Virus record (IMG/VR): IMGVR_UViG_3300045988_076381
Length of the DNA stretch: 64,000 bases
From: a virus
Reading direction: 5' to 3' (one strand)
Shown: piece by piece, positions 10,026-19,490 of the stretch
Numbering within the stretch: the stretch's first letter is position 1
How the letters are laid out: each line of letters begins with the position of its first letter
Notes under the pieces: generated by a model
What the model saw: only the letters and a program-made list of their open reading frames with translations
The model's database searches: none
What the model was told of the DNA's origin: nothing
Made by a program: the position numbers and the translations under genes

Positions 10026-13000
10026 TTATTTCTTAATTATTCCTCCGAATCTAAATACTTTAGGATATTGTCCAGATAATCCTAATTTTTGTAAATCTAT
10101 ACTCCTCTTTAATCCTTTAAGTTGTAACTCTTTTTGAGCGTTAATAATATTTTTATATTCTGGATCTAAGAATAATTTAGTAGGATCTTTCTTATATTCT
10201 TCTTTTTGATATAACGCATCTAATCTTCTCTGTAAATCTGATGCAGTAATAGAATCCTCTGTAGATAATCTAGCATTTTTATATTGAGAATCTAAAAGTT
10301 GTTCATTTACTTTTCTAGCATTATTTGTATTTATATACTGCTTAGTTTGTTCTGTTACATCATGTAAGAATGTATCCCAGATATTAGCATTTTGTCCTAT
10401 CTTCTGAGCTTTTAAATTCGCTAAAGTATTTAAATACTCTGTAGTAGCTAAACGATTTCTATTTGCAGCTTCCTCTCTTCTCATTAAATTATTAGCATTA
10501 ACTTGAAATGCTTTTTCTCTAGACTGTTGTATAGCTTGTTCGTTTGCTAAATCTCCTTGTAATCTTGCTTCTGCTGCATTTTTAGCTACTTCTAAATTAT
10601 ATGCTAATTGTCTATCGGCATCTGAGGTTAGAGGTGTTCTAGTTAATCCTTCTAAATTTGCTGCTTGTTTATAATAAGCTTGTCTAACTCCTTCATTTCC
10701 TTGAATGGAATAATTTAAATCCGTAGGGAGATTTATTAAAGAAGGTCTTAGATCTTTTTTTAATGTTTTATATATCTTATTATTAGCTGCTGTTTTTTGT
10801 ATAGCAGAAGCTAAGGAAGATATAGTAGTTAGAGGAATACTTCCTAATGACGATTTAGTTGGAAGATAATTTTGAGATTCAATATTAGAACCAGTTGAAG
10901 ATTTAGTGATAGGAGTATTTAAAGAAGATGTATTCATTGGTTTTAAATTAAAATCAAGAGTATTATTATTTAAAACTCCAGCATCAATTCTCCTCATTCT
11001 AGAAGGTGATTTTCCAGTCGCAATAACTTCTTCTAATATGTTAGTAGGTGTAACTCCTCCATCTTGATATTTAATAACTCCTCCATTTTTAAATTCCTTA
11101 ACTTTTTTATTTGCTTCAATCCATTCTTTAGAGCCTAATTCATATTTATCTCTTTCTTTAAGAAGTTTATTTCGAACAGAATAATAATCTAAATTACCTC
11201 CATTTTTATATCTTGGTAGTAGTGCAATCATATTTTGATATTCTATCCATTTATCAGAACCAAATTCATATTGATCTCTTAATCTTGCATATGTATTACG
11301 AATTTTTAAATTAGTTAGTTTCTTTTTATTTATATTATCTATTGGTTTGTTTATTCCGGAAACTATTTTAGATAAATGTTCAGCTTCTTTTCTATATCCT
11401 AATTCATTAAGTCTTTTTGCTTCTTCAATATCCCTTTTCCTTCTTAATTCTGATATCCGTAAAAGTTCTGATATTTTCTTATTATTCTGATTATTAATTT
11501 TTCCACCTGAATTTGTAACTATTTTGGATAAATTTTTATTTTCTTCTTTATACCCTAATTCATTACGTCTCTTGGTTTCCTGACCTTTTAAATATGCTAA
11601 TTGCGTTCTCCTCCTTGCATCTTCTAACTTTTGTTTATTTGCAGCTATTATTGCTTTTCCTTCATCACTTTCTCTAAATTTTTTAGCATCCGCTTTTCTT
11701 ATATCAGATTTAGTTACCCTAGTAGCTTTTCCAGAAGGTTCTACTAAAGGTCTAGTTGTGCCAAAAGGAGTTGACTGCATAGATTCTAATAGGGTACTAT
11801 TTAATGTAGCATCATTAGCTCCTTTCGTAGGATTTACAACTCTATGTATTAATTTCTCCTTCTCTTCAAGTATCTCCGATCTTGGTGCTCTTACATTAGT
11901 AAGTTTTCCTGGGACTTTTTCAGTTAAAGGTCCATGATAAACTACAGTAGGAGCTCCAGAAATTTGTCCGAGATAAATATTATTATCCTCTAATTGTTTC
12001 TGGATATTGCCACGTCTATAATAAGCCTGCTCTGCTACTAATCCTTTCTGGAAGGATGAGAGTTTATTATTCTTAATCTTATCTAAAGTTTCTGGTGTTA
12101 ATTCTCTCCCAGCTACTTTAGTTTCTTTTACTTTTCCAACTCCGCGTGTGAAAGAATTATACCATTTACCTTTAGGTATTTTTATATTACTTAAATCCTC
12201 GTCAGTTAAATCCGTATATTGAGATTTTAATTTAGTCTTAACAGTAGTTAATTTATCCTCTGTCGACATCTTATTAAATCCCTCTACCTCATTATTTTTA
12301 AATGAAATTTCTTTAGTTTTACCGTTAACATTAACTTCTAGAGGTTTAGATAATTCTCCTGCACTAGCTTTTTGAGTATATAACTTCTTCCCAGCAACAT
12401 TTCTACCGATACCTGTTACAGCATTTAATCCATTAGCTAACAATCTCCAGTCATTTATAGTTAATTCTTCTCCTGACATCACTTTACCTAAAGCAGTAAG
12501 AGAAGTTCCTAATCCTAATGCAGTAAATGCTTTACGTAGTATTGGAGCTGCTGTTTTTATTGCTTTAGTTACTTTAGCTCCTTTAGCCACTGTTCCTAAT
12601 CCGGGAATTAATGTTGCTGCATCCATCCCTAGATTTAGTATTAAGTTCCCAGTATCACTCCATGACCAATCATCATCACGTTTATAATCAGCAATAGCAG
12701 TAGAAATTGTAGATCCTAATCCTGTTGCAGCTCCCACAGCATTTCCTACACCAAACGCAGCGGTAGAAGCTAAGCCAGCTACATCTAATGCTAATGCTGT
12801 TAAATCTGCTTTATCTGCTGCACTTAATGATTCTCCAGAGAATACATCTGACATGGAAGCAGATTGTTTATCTTGTAGATCTGAGGAAATTGAATTTCTT
12901 AATATTCCACCTTCTTGATACATTCCTACTCCACTTGGTATATATCCGGTACTTGCATAGTTACTTATTGGAGCATATTTTAATCCTAAAAATGGTTTAA

Positions 13001-14600
13001 TCTCGTTATCATATAAGCCATATTTAGAATATAAATCAGCCAAAAACTTACTTCCCAAGGTTAAATCTCTCCCTTCAACTGGATTTACATTAAGCTTATT
13101 TAAATTAATAGAAGAAATTCCTGGATAATTTGATGTCGGACTAAATTGTAAATAACCTTGATTATATTTAAATTCCCCAGGAATTATATCTCCAGTCTTT
13201 TTATTAATAGCATAAATCCCCGTCGATTTATATGGTCTACCACTACTTAGATAACTCTCAACATTCTGAGGATTATTTATTCCAATAAATTCATAATCTT
13301 CAACCGCTTGATTATCTCCTATATAAGGATTAAAATAATCAATACCATATTCTTCTCCTTCCGGAAGATTTAATAACTTAGCTAATTTATAATAAGCATT
13401 ATAACTCTGTTCCTTATCCCAATCTTTCTTATATTTAATATTCTCAGCATTTTTTCTCCAACTATATACTTCTGGATTATATATATCATTTAAATATTTA
13501 ACATTACTTCCTACATAATCCTTAATCTTTTCATAAGGTATATAATCAGTATCATACCATCCAGATTTTAACATATATGTAGCTGGGTTAGATTCAAATG
13601 GAAAATGCCCTCTTAATCCTATAAGATTACCAGAAGGATCTATTTCTCTCAATCCTTCTTTAGTAACTACTATATTTTTCCCATTGAAGTTATATTTTAA
13701 AGGAGCATTTTCTGGTAAATTGTTTACTTTTCTTATTTCATCTTCTTCTTTTTTAATCTCGTCCGGAGATTTACTTGATTCTTGTGTGGTAGAAGTTCCC
13801 TGATCGGAGCTTCCAAAGATATATTTCCAGATATAATCCCCAAATCTTTGGTTATTTTTTTGCTCTTCCCAATCAAACTCGGAATTAGGATTTCCGTCTC
13901 TACCTTGTGATAAATCTTCTATAAATTGATCGTATTCTTGTATAGATTTAAAAGGAAGATTTTCATATCCTTTAAATGGGGTTTTATCTTCCGATGATAA
14001 ATATTCATAGAATCTTCCTCTATTACTTTCTAAAGCCCTGATTACATCATCAATCCTTTCTGAGGTAGTTTTTCTATTATATACTTCTTGATTTATTTTT
14101 CCTCCCCATACAGAATTAATTAATTCTCTAGGATTCCATGATACATCTATTTTATCAGGTTCTTGTAGAGTATTAGAGTATTCAGTAAGATTTAAAAAAT
14201 TATTATCTATAGCTTTAGCTAGATAATCACTACTATATTTATCACCTAAATTAAATCCTTCTGAGTTGTTATATTTAATATCAAATCCACTTGGAGTACT
14301 ATTAATCTCTTGTATATCACCTTTATTTAGAGCGTCTAAAAATCTATTATAAGAAGCATCTACTCCAGATCCTCTTCTTCTATAAGAGTTTTTTAAACTT
14401 CGGGAGTCATCAGAACTAACCCAATTCTGGAGTTTTTCTTTAGCTTCTTTTATATCGTATTTTTTACCGTTAATAGTAATTGTCTTTGTTTCTTGCTCTT
14501 TTTTATTATAAAGGTCTTGTAATTCTTGCTTCTTTTTATTATATTCTTCTATATTTGAAGGAGATTTACCTCCAGTTTCAAATTTAGGAACTTGTGCCAT
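10026..14600 (-). CDS. large internal virion/ejection protein with glycine-zipper membrane segments (1524 aa)
   Basis: Long ORF with a Gly/Ala-rich hydrophobic block (LTALALDVAGLASTAAFGVGNAVGAATGLG...LGLGTSLTALGKV). It carries six copies of the [FY]-x-x-GG motif and internal tandem repeats. Confidence 0.65.
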   Translation of the reverse strand: MAQVPKFETGGKSPSNIEEYNKKKQELQDLYNKKEQETKTITINGKKYDIKEAKEKLQNWVSSDDSRSLKNSYRRRGSGVDASYNRFLDALNKGDIQEINSTPSGFDIKYNNSEGFNLGDKYSSDYLAKAIDNNFLNLTEYSNTLQEPDKIDVSWNPRELINSVWGGKINQEVYNRKTTSERIDDVIRALESNRGRFYEYLSSEDKTPFKGYENLPFKSIQEYDQFIEDLSQGRDGNPNSEFDWEEQKNNQRFGDYIWKYIFGSSDQGTSTTQESSKSPDEIKKEEDEIRKVNNLPENAPLKYNFNGKNIVVTKEGLREIDPSGNLIGLRGHFPFESNPATYMLKSGWYDTDYIPYEKIKDYVGSNVKYLNDIYNPEVYSWRKNAENIKYKKDWDKEQSYNAYYKLAKLLNLPEGEEYGIDYFNPYIGDNQAVEDYEFIGINNPQNVESYLSSGRPYKSTGIYAINKKTGDIIPGEFKYNQGYLQFSPTSNYPGISSINLNKLNVNPVEGRDLTLGSKFLADLYSKYGLYDNEIKPFLGLKYAPISNYASTGYIPSGVGMYQEGGILRNSISSDLQDKQSASMSDVFSGESLSAADKADLTALALDVAGLASTAAFGVGNAVGAATGLGSTISTAIADYKRDDDWSWSDTGNLILNLGMDAATLIPGLGTVAKGAKVTKAIKTAAPILRKAFTALGLGTSLTALGKVMSGEELTINDWRLLANGLNAVTGIGRNVAGKKLYTQKASAGELSKPLEVNVNGKTKEISFKNNEVEGFNKMSTEDKLTTVKTKLKSQYTDLTDEDLSNIKIPKGKWYNSFTRGVGKVKETKVAGRELTPETLDKIKNNKLSSFQKGLVAEQAYYRRGNIQKQLEDNNIYLGQISGAPTVVYHGPLTEKVPGKLTNVRAPRSEILEEKEKLIHRVVNPTKGANDATLNSTLLESMQSTPFGTTRPLVEPSGKATRVTKSDIRKADAKKFRESDEGKAIIAANKQKLEDARRRTQLAYLKGQETKRRNELGYKEENKNLSKIVTNSGGKINNQNNKKISELLRISELRRKRDIEEAKRLNELGYRKEAEHLSKIVSGINKPIDNINKKKLTNLKIRNTYARLRDQYEFGSDKWIEYQNMIALLPRYKNGGNLDYYSVRNKLLKERDKYELGSKEWIEANKKVKEFKNGGVIKYQDGGVTPTNILEEVIATGKSPSRMRRIDAGVLNNNTLDFNLKPMNTSSLNTPITKSSTGSNIESQNYLPTKSSLGSIPLTTISSLASAIQKTAANNKIYKTLKKDLRPSLINLPTDLNYSIQGNEGVRQAYYKQAANLEGLTRTPLTSDADRQLAYNLEVAKNAAEARLQGDLANEQAIQQSREKAFQVNANNLMRREEAANRNRLATTEYLNTLANLKAQKIGQNANIWDTFLHDVTEQTKQYINTNNARKVNEQLLDSQYKNARLSTEDSITASDLQRRLDALYQKEEYKKDPTKLFLDPEYKNIINAQKELQLKGLKRSIDLQKLGLSGQYPKVFRFGGIIKK

Positions 14601-14616
14601 AGTTAATGATTAAAGT

Positions 14617-14651
14617 AAAAAATGGAGTATTATATTTAAATAATACCCCAT
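14617..14651 (-). terminator. rho-independent terminator
   Basis: On the minus strand the stem ATGGGGTATTAT / ATAATACTCCAT (one mismatch) is followed by TTTTTT. It sits directly after the 14662 stop. Confidence 0.6.
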
Positions 14652-14661
14652 CTAAGATAAT

Positions 14662-14940
14662 TTATTGTCTTTTCTTTACTACTAATTTAGTACCTTTTCT
14701 CGCTAAAACAGGTTCAGTAGGAGCTTCTGCTTGAGCAGCTTGTCCCTGAGTCATTTCGACTAACGCTGAACATACCGCCAATGCAGCTTGACAATCCTGA
14801 TTTTGAGTTGCCTGAGCAGCTAATTGAAGAATTTGCTGAAAGATTTGTTCTGGACTAGGTTGAGCCTGAGTAGCAGGTTCCGCGGGCATAGTTCCGCCCT
14901 CTTGTAAGATTTTTACTTTAAATTTTTCGTTTACTTTCAT
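14662..14940 (-). CDS. small Gln/Ala-rich protein (92 aa), unknown function
   Basis: ORF with markedly higher GC than its flanks. The N-terminus MKVNEKFKVKILQEGG carries the GG motif. A terminator lies downstream. Confidence 0.55.
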   Translation of the reverse strand: MKVNEKFKVKILQEGGTMPAEPATQAQPSPEQIFQQILQLAAQATQNQDCQAALAVCSALVEMTQGQAAQAEAPTEPVLARKGTKLVVKKRQ

Positions 14941-15159
14941 TTCTTTAATATTTAACGTTAAACTTGTACAAAGTTAAGATTTTGTATGTGAAATTCCTAT
15001 TATTTGGTAGTGGATAATAATTCTGAATTATTTACCACCTTTTGAGCCTTTACCTTTAGATTTGCTTTTAGATTTACAAGCCATAGTGTTTAAGATTTAA
15101 ATTTGTTAGACATACAGTTAGTTATCTAATATATTAGATATTTATTCTTAATGTATTTA

Positions 15160-15918
15160 TTAAATTGCTTTTAATTTACAACCGGACTTAAGTTCTTCTT
15201 GATTCTGAGCATTTGATTGTTTCTGTAATAATTTAACTTCATGATTGAGTCTCTTAATTTCTTCTTGCATCTCATGTAACATTTCATCATGCTCTTCAAT
15301 CTTCTTTCTATTAAATAATACTGCTTGGCCAATTGTTTCTAAATCAAATGTGTATAAATACTTATTATCCATAGATTCCGAATCCTTTGCGTTAGTTTTA
15401 GTTTTTGACATACCCCAATCGTTTACAAATGTTTTATATAATTCTTTCCAAGTGTCGTAAGAGACATTTAATTGTTTACAGATATTTATATCAGTATCAC
15501 ATAGCTTTCCAAAATTCCCATCTTTATACATTCTCTCTTGAAGAACCATGTATGCAGATTTAGATTTAAAATCTAAATTCTTGTTATCTAAAAAATCATA
15601 TGAAAACATCTCAAAGTTTTTATAGAGAGGACTATCTATATTAAATTTATATAAATTGCTATTTTTAAATCCCCTACTTATTTTTGTTATATGTCCATCT
15701 TTTTCTAATAAATCTAGATATTTCTTTAATGTAGGTCTAGAAAGTCCAGATTTTTCTGATAACTTCTTATAGGAAGGAAAACATTCCTTAGTATCTTTAT
15801 TCATATAATATCTAAGGATTGCATAAACTCCAACTCCTAGATAATTTATTTTTGAATTTGTTATTCCATGAGGAATTTGAACATGTCTAATAGTTGATTT
15901 ATTATCATTTGTTTCCAT
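15160..15918 (-). CDS. helix-turn-helix DNA-binding protein (replication-initiator/regulator-like winged helix), 252 aa
   Basis: The segment CFPSYKKLSEKSGLSRPTLKKYLDLLEKDGHITKISRG is a typical HTH/winged-helix pattern. The gene has its own promoter-like region upstream. Confidence 0.55.
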   Translation of the reverse strand: METNDNKSTIRHVQIPHGITNSKINYLGVGVYAILRYYMNKDTKECFPSYKKLSEKSGLSRPTLKKYLDLLEKDGHITKISRGFKNSNLYKFNIDSPLYKNFEMFSYDFLDNKNLDFKSKSAYMVLQERMYKDGNFGKLCDTDINICKQLNVSYDTWKELYKTFVNDWGMSKTKTNAKDSESMDNKYLYTFDLETIGQAVLFNRKKIEEHDEMLHEMQEEIKRLNHEVKLLQKQSNAQNQEELKSGCKLKAI

Positions 15919-15956
15919 AAATTTAAATATTAAATTGTAAAGTTGATTTACATTTG

Positions 15957-15987
15957 CAAATATAATAAATAAACTTGGTTATTCAAA
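15957..15987 (-). promoter_or_regulatory. Bacteroidota-type promoter (TTTG -33 element, 19-nt spacer, TATATTTG -7 element)
   Basis: The minus strand reads TTTGAATAACCAAGTTTATTTATTATATTTG and ends about 38 nt upstream of the ATG at 15918. This matches the TTTG / TAnnTTTG consensus of Bacteroides sigma-ABfr promoters. Confidence 0.55.
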
Positions 15988-15994
15988 ATAAATT

Positions 15995-16036
15995 TATAAG
16001 GAATTTTTTACAATACTATAAGGAATTTTTGACAAT
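15995..16036. repeat. two tandem 20-nt direct repeats TATAAGGAATTTTT[T/G]ACAAT with 22-nt period; candidate operator/activator sites
   Basis: The copies at 15995-16014 and 16017-16036 are 19/20 identical. A third partial copy, GGAATTTTTTACAC, lies at 16152-16165. All sit just upstream of the promoter of the HTH gene. Confidence 0.6.
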
Positions 16037-16208
16037 TAAAAAATCAATATTTTATTGAAAATATTTCTTATTAGCTTTATTTTAATTCTAAATTTCTAGG
16101 TAAATTATAATTTATGCTATATTTAACTAAATGTTATATCTTTAACAATCCGGAATTTTTTACACTATCTATATATACTGGGTCGCAAAGCTCCGAACTA
16201 GATTTAAT

Positions 16209-16243
16209 GTTTTTATTAAAACACTTCGTGTTTAAATAAAAAC
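16209..16243. terminator. long AT-rich hairpin; candidate terminator after the lysozyme gene
   Basis: A stem of about 16 bp with one mismatch around a TTC loop. It lies in the 394-nt intergenic region downstream of 16313. Confidence 0.4.
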
Positions 16244-16312
16244 TTTGTTTGTTTTATCACTTATAACTTATTTAAATATCCGTATTTATAAGCTTTATAT
16301 ATATTTAAATAC

Positions 16313-16885
16313 CTAAGATTTATATTTGTTAGATATATAATTATTCACCTCATCTACTCTATTTAACCATCCCTTCAAAAATTTATTTTGAGACGGTTTT
16401 CTATCTACAATTTCTTGATAATATTCTTTTCTTTTAGAAATAAACTCTTGCAGCAAATTTTTCGAATTACATAAATTAGCTAATCTAATTGTAGTAGGTC
16501 CAATTTTCCCATCCACATCCAAAGAATGTCCTAAATTTAAAATAGCTTTTTGGAGGCATTTAACACCATTAGAGACACCAGCATTAACTGAATGATCTAA
16601 CAGATGGGCAGAGATATAAATGTTGCTTATATCGTCTATTTTACATTTGTTATAAAATTGATCTGCATAGAATTGTTCTACTAAATCTTCTAATTCCTTA
16701 ACTGTTGTTATTATTTGCCCCCTTTTTAAGGGTTTGAATTTATCAATGATCTTCCATCCTTCCCATTTAGGGAAATTAGCACGAGATATTCCGCAGTATG
16801 TCTCTTTCCCAGAGTCGTCAGGGTCAAATACATAACCCCCCTCGTTTCTTAAGATCATTGATATAAGAGTATGAGATTTATTCAT
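16313..16885 (-). CDS. GH108-family lysozyme with C-terminal peptidoglycan-binding domain (endolysin or virion lysin)
   Basis: The N-terminal ILRNEGGYVFDPDDSGKETYCGIS matches the GH108 signature EGGY..dp.D.GG.T.yGI. The C-terminal half (DVDGKIGPTT...) resembles a PG_binding_3 domain. Confidence 0.75.
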   Translation of the reverse strand: MNKSHTLISMILRNEGGYVFDPDDSGKETYCGISRANFPKWEGWKIIDKFKPLKRGQIITTVKELEDLVEQFYADQFYNKCKIDDISNIYISAHLLDHSVNAGVSNGVKCLQKAILNLGHSLDVDGKIGPTTIRLANLCNSKNLLQEFISKRKEYYQEIVDRKPSQNKFLKGWLNRVDEVNNYISNKYKS

Positions 16886-16898
16886 TTAAATATTTAAA

Positions 16899-17930
16899 TT
16901 ATTTATATTTTTCTATTAATGCCTTTAATTCTGGATTATTTTCAATTAATCTAAGCCCTTTTCGTATAGTTTCTGAATATTTAGTAGGATCAGATCCGTT
17001 ATCATATATACTATATGAAGCACTATTATACATTTTTGGATTTTCCTGGAAATACTCTAGAGCACTTTCAATAGGATCAAATTTCTCAACAGATTCTTTA
17101 GCTTTATTTAAACTATTAATAATGGCATCCGGAATTTTATTATCTCTAAACCTTTTCTTTAAATAATTAACAAAATATTCTTCCCCTTCTGGAGTTAGAT
17201 GGTATTGTTCTCCGCCAAATAGAGCTCTATCTTTTGTTATATAATCAATTCTTTTTTCTCCAGGTTTTGGTTCTGGCATAAATTTGGTTAATATTTTTAT
17301 ATAATCAAGCTTTCCTTTTCTATCTGGATGATCCAATCCAACAAGTTGATTTGGAGTATATGTAGCATTTTCTTTATATATTGCAATATTATAATTCATA
17401 GCATCAGTAACATCCTTTTTTGTAGCATCTTTTCTTCCTAAATATCCATGTCTAGAAGGATTAACTCCTAAAGTAGATTCATTGTAGGATAATGCTATTG
17501 CTTTCTCAGGTGTCATTCCTTTAACTTTTTTAGAGGCCTTGATTATATCTATTAAAGGTTGTTTATATATAGGAGGAAGATTAACATCATTTCCATTTTC
17601 ATCCTTAGTTATTCTAATAACATCTGATTTATCTTTAATTTCCCTAATTCTGACATTTTTAGTATAGAGAGCATGTTGGAGATCTCTGAATAGAGTATCT
17701 AATGTATCAAAAGCAGTTCTCTTAGGGTCTCTTGGATAATTATGTCTGATTGCTATTGCCTTATCTTCTTGTTCGGGTGTAAGTTGTCTATTATCAAAAG
17801 CTTCTTCCCAATCTTCATTTATATAACTAGTATTATCTCTAAGTTCTTTAGTTGTCATAGGTCTGGTAGATCTATTAATAACTAAATCTCTATATAATTT
17901 ATGTAATTGTTCTTTAGTATAATCACCCAT
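16899..17930 (-). CDS. hypothetical protein (343 aa), weak lytic-transglycosylase-like motif
   Basis: ORF. The segment AIALSYNESTLGVNP resembles the Glu-Ser catalytic motif of SLT domains, but this is only a short motif match. Confidence 0.35.
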   Translation of the reverse strand: MGDYTKEQLHKLYRDLVINRSTRPMTTKELRDNTSYINEDWEEAFDNRQLTPEQEDKAIAIRHNYPRDPKRTAFDTLDTLFRDLQHALYTKNVRIREIKDKSDVIRITKDENGNDVNLPPIYKQPLIDIIKASKKVKGMTPEKAIALSYNESTLGVNPSRHGYLGRKDATKKDVTDAMNYNIAIYKENATYTPNQLVGLDHPDRKGKLDYIKILTKFMPEPKPGEKRIDYITKDRALFGGEQYHLTPEGEEYFVNYLKKRFRDNKIPDAIINSLNKAKESVEKFDPIESALEYFQENPKMYNSASYSIYDNGSDPTKYSETIRKGLRLIENNPELKALIEKYK

Positions 17931-18603
17931 GTTTTTCAGTATTTACATATTCCGGATCATTATTATCTTGAATTTTCATGTATTTAAATACAGACTTACC
18001 TAATCTCTTATATACAGAATCGGTTTTTAATTTCTCTGCTTTTTTAGCTTGGCGAATTAAGACTCTAGTATTCTTCCTAGAAAATATTCTCTCTCCACCT
18101 TTTATTTTATATTGTACTTTACCGTTAGTAGAAAGTATCTCTAGTAAATCCTCTAAATCATCAATATCATTTTCTATTTTATCTTTAGGAGATTCATCCT
18201 CCAAATCTTCTAAATAATCTAATCTTTCTTCAAGTACTTCATCTAATCCCTCAAACTCTACACTTTCTCCAGATCGAATTCCGGAATTATTAGATACCTC
18301 TAATACGAATAACACATTCTTTTCAGATATAATACTTGTATCATTAGGCTTCCCTTCTTTATTAGATATTACTTTAAATTCTGGAGAGATGAAGACTATA
18401 TCTAAATATAAAGGTGTATCTTTCATCCAATAATTTACTTCTTCTTGTACTTCTGGATATATAAATAGAAGTCCTTGATTTTCTGATAGACTTTCTATAT
18501 GCATAAATCCATGTTCTCTTTCCCAGTCATCTATAGCAGTATCACAGAGATATTCTTTATTATGTACTTTAACTTTTACAATTGATTTCTTTAATTCTGA
18601 CAT
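17923..18603 (-). CDS. DUF192-domain protein (226 aa)
   Basis: The pattern REHGFMHIESLSENQGLLFIYPE...NYWMKDTPLYLDIVFISPEFKVI...VLEV fits the DUF192 (COG1430) consensus. Confidence 0.6.
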   Translation of the reverse strand: MSELKKSIVKVKVHNKEYLCDTAIDDWEREHGFMHIESLSENQGLLFIYPEVQEEVNYWMKDTPLYLDIVFISPEFKVISNKEGKPNDTSIISEKNVLFVLEVSNNSGIRSGESVEFEGLDEVLEERLDYLEDLEDESPKDKIENDIDDLEDLLEILSTNGKVQYKIKGGERIFSRKNTRVLIRQAKKAEKLKTDSVYKRLGKSVFKYMKIQDNNDPEYVNTEKHG

Positions 18604-18612
18604 AATTATATA

Positions 18613-19425
18613 TTATTTAAAATAAGGATCTTCATCATCAATATAATAATTCTTCATATTATCTCTTAATAAATAAGATCCTACTTTAGGATTAAATTTA
18701 ATATCTTCCCTAATTTCTAAAGATTTCTCTCTTTTAGGAATAGTATATTTCCCTGTAACTATAGAAGGAAAGTCATATGTATCATTTACTTTAATAGTAT
18801 TATTCTCCTTATCCCATTGGATAGTAAAATTCCCAAAAAGATCTAATCCGGTTGCCCAACGTTGATTCTTATTCGGACGTTCTATATATTTAACAGTTAA
18901 TCCCTCATTAACTACTTTCGGCTCTCCAGATTCTAGTACCTCTTTTCCGGTTTTATATATCTTTTCCAATCTAGATTTACTAGGTAATTCTGGATATTTT
19001 TCTATGTATTTATCATAATTACGTAGAATTTTACCTACATTTAAGGTGTCTACCATAGATTGTACTCTACGGGCTACTGGTTGCGGGATTCCTACATATT
19101 CAGCATTTTTAGGATCTTTATCTTTGTCAGCATTTATCCTAGCTTTAGAAGATTTTATTAATCTCGAATCCTTTCCTAAATTTAAATAATGCTTAAAGAA
19201 AGCTTCTTCAATAGGAGTGGCCAATTCTTTTTCATCCCGTACTGGAACTGGAGTGTTAGTATAATTTAAATATGGAAGGCGTATATAATAAGGAGCACTC
19301 CAATAACCATCAGCAGGATTAAGGAAGTTGTATACTCTTTCTGCTTGAGTTTGCTTTACATTGCTTTTTCCTCCACTTTGATACTTTTGTATTAAATAAG
19401 AATTTACTTTATTTAAATTTAACAT
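18613..19425 (-). CDS. hypothetical virion protein (270 aa)
   Basis: ORF. The N-terminus ends in the motif IQKYQSGGK. Confidence 0.5.
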   Translation of the reverse strand: MLNLNKVNSYLIQKYQSGGKSNVKQTQAERVYNFLNPADGYWSAPYYIRLPYLNYTNTPVPVRDEKELATPIEEAFFKHYLNLGKDSRLIKSSKARINADKDKDPKNAEYVGIPQPVARRVQSMVDTLNVGKILRNYDKYIEKYPELPSKSRLEKIYKTGKEVLESGEPKVVNEGLTVKYIERPNKNQRWATGLDLFGNFTIQWDKENNTIKVNDTYDFPSIVTGKYTIPKREKSLEIREDIKFNPKVGSYLLRDNMKNYYIDDEDPYFK

Positions 19426-19490
19426 AGTATTATATATAAAAGGTTATATTTAAATAGAATATATTTCAATTCTATTTAAATATACCTATA

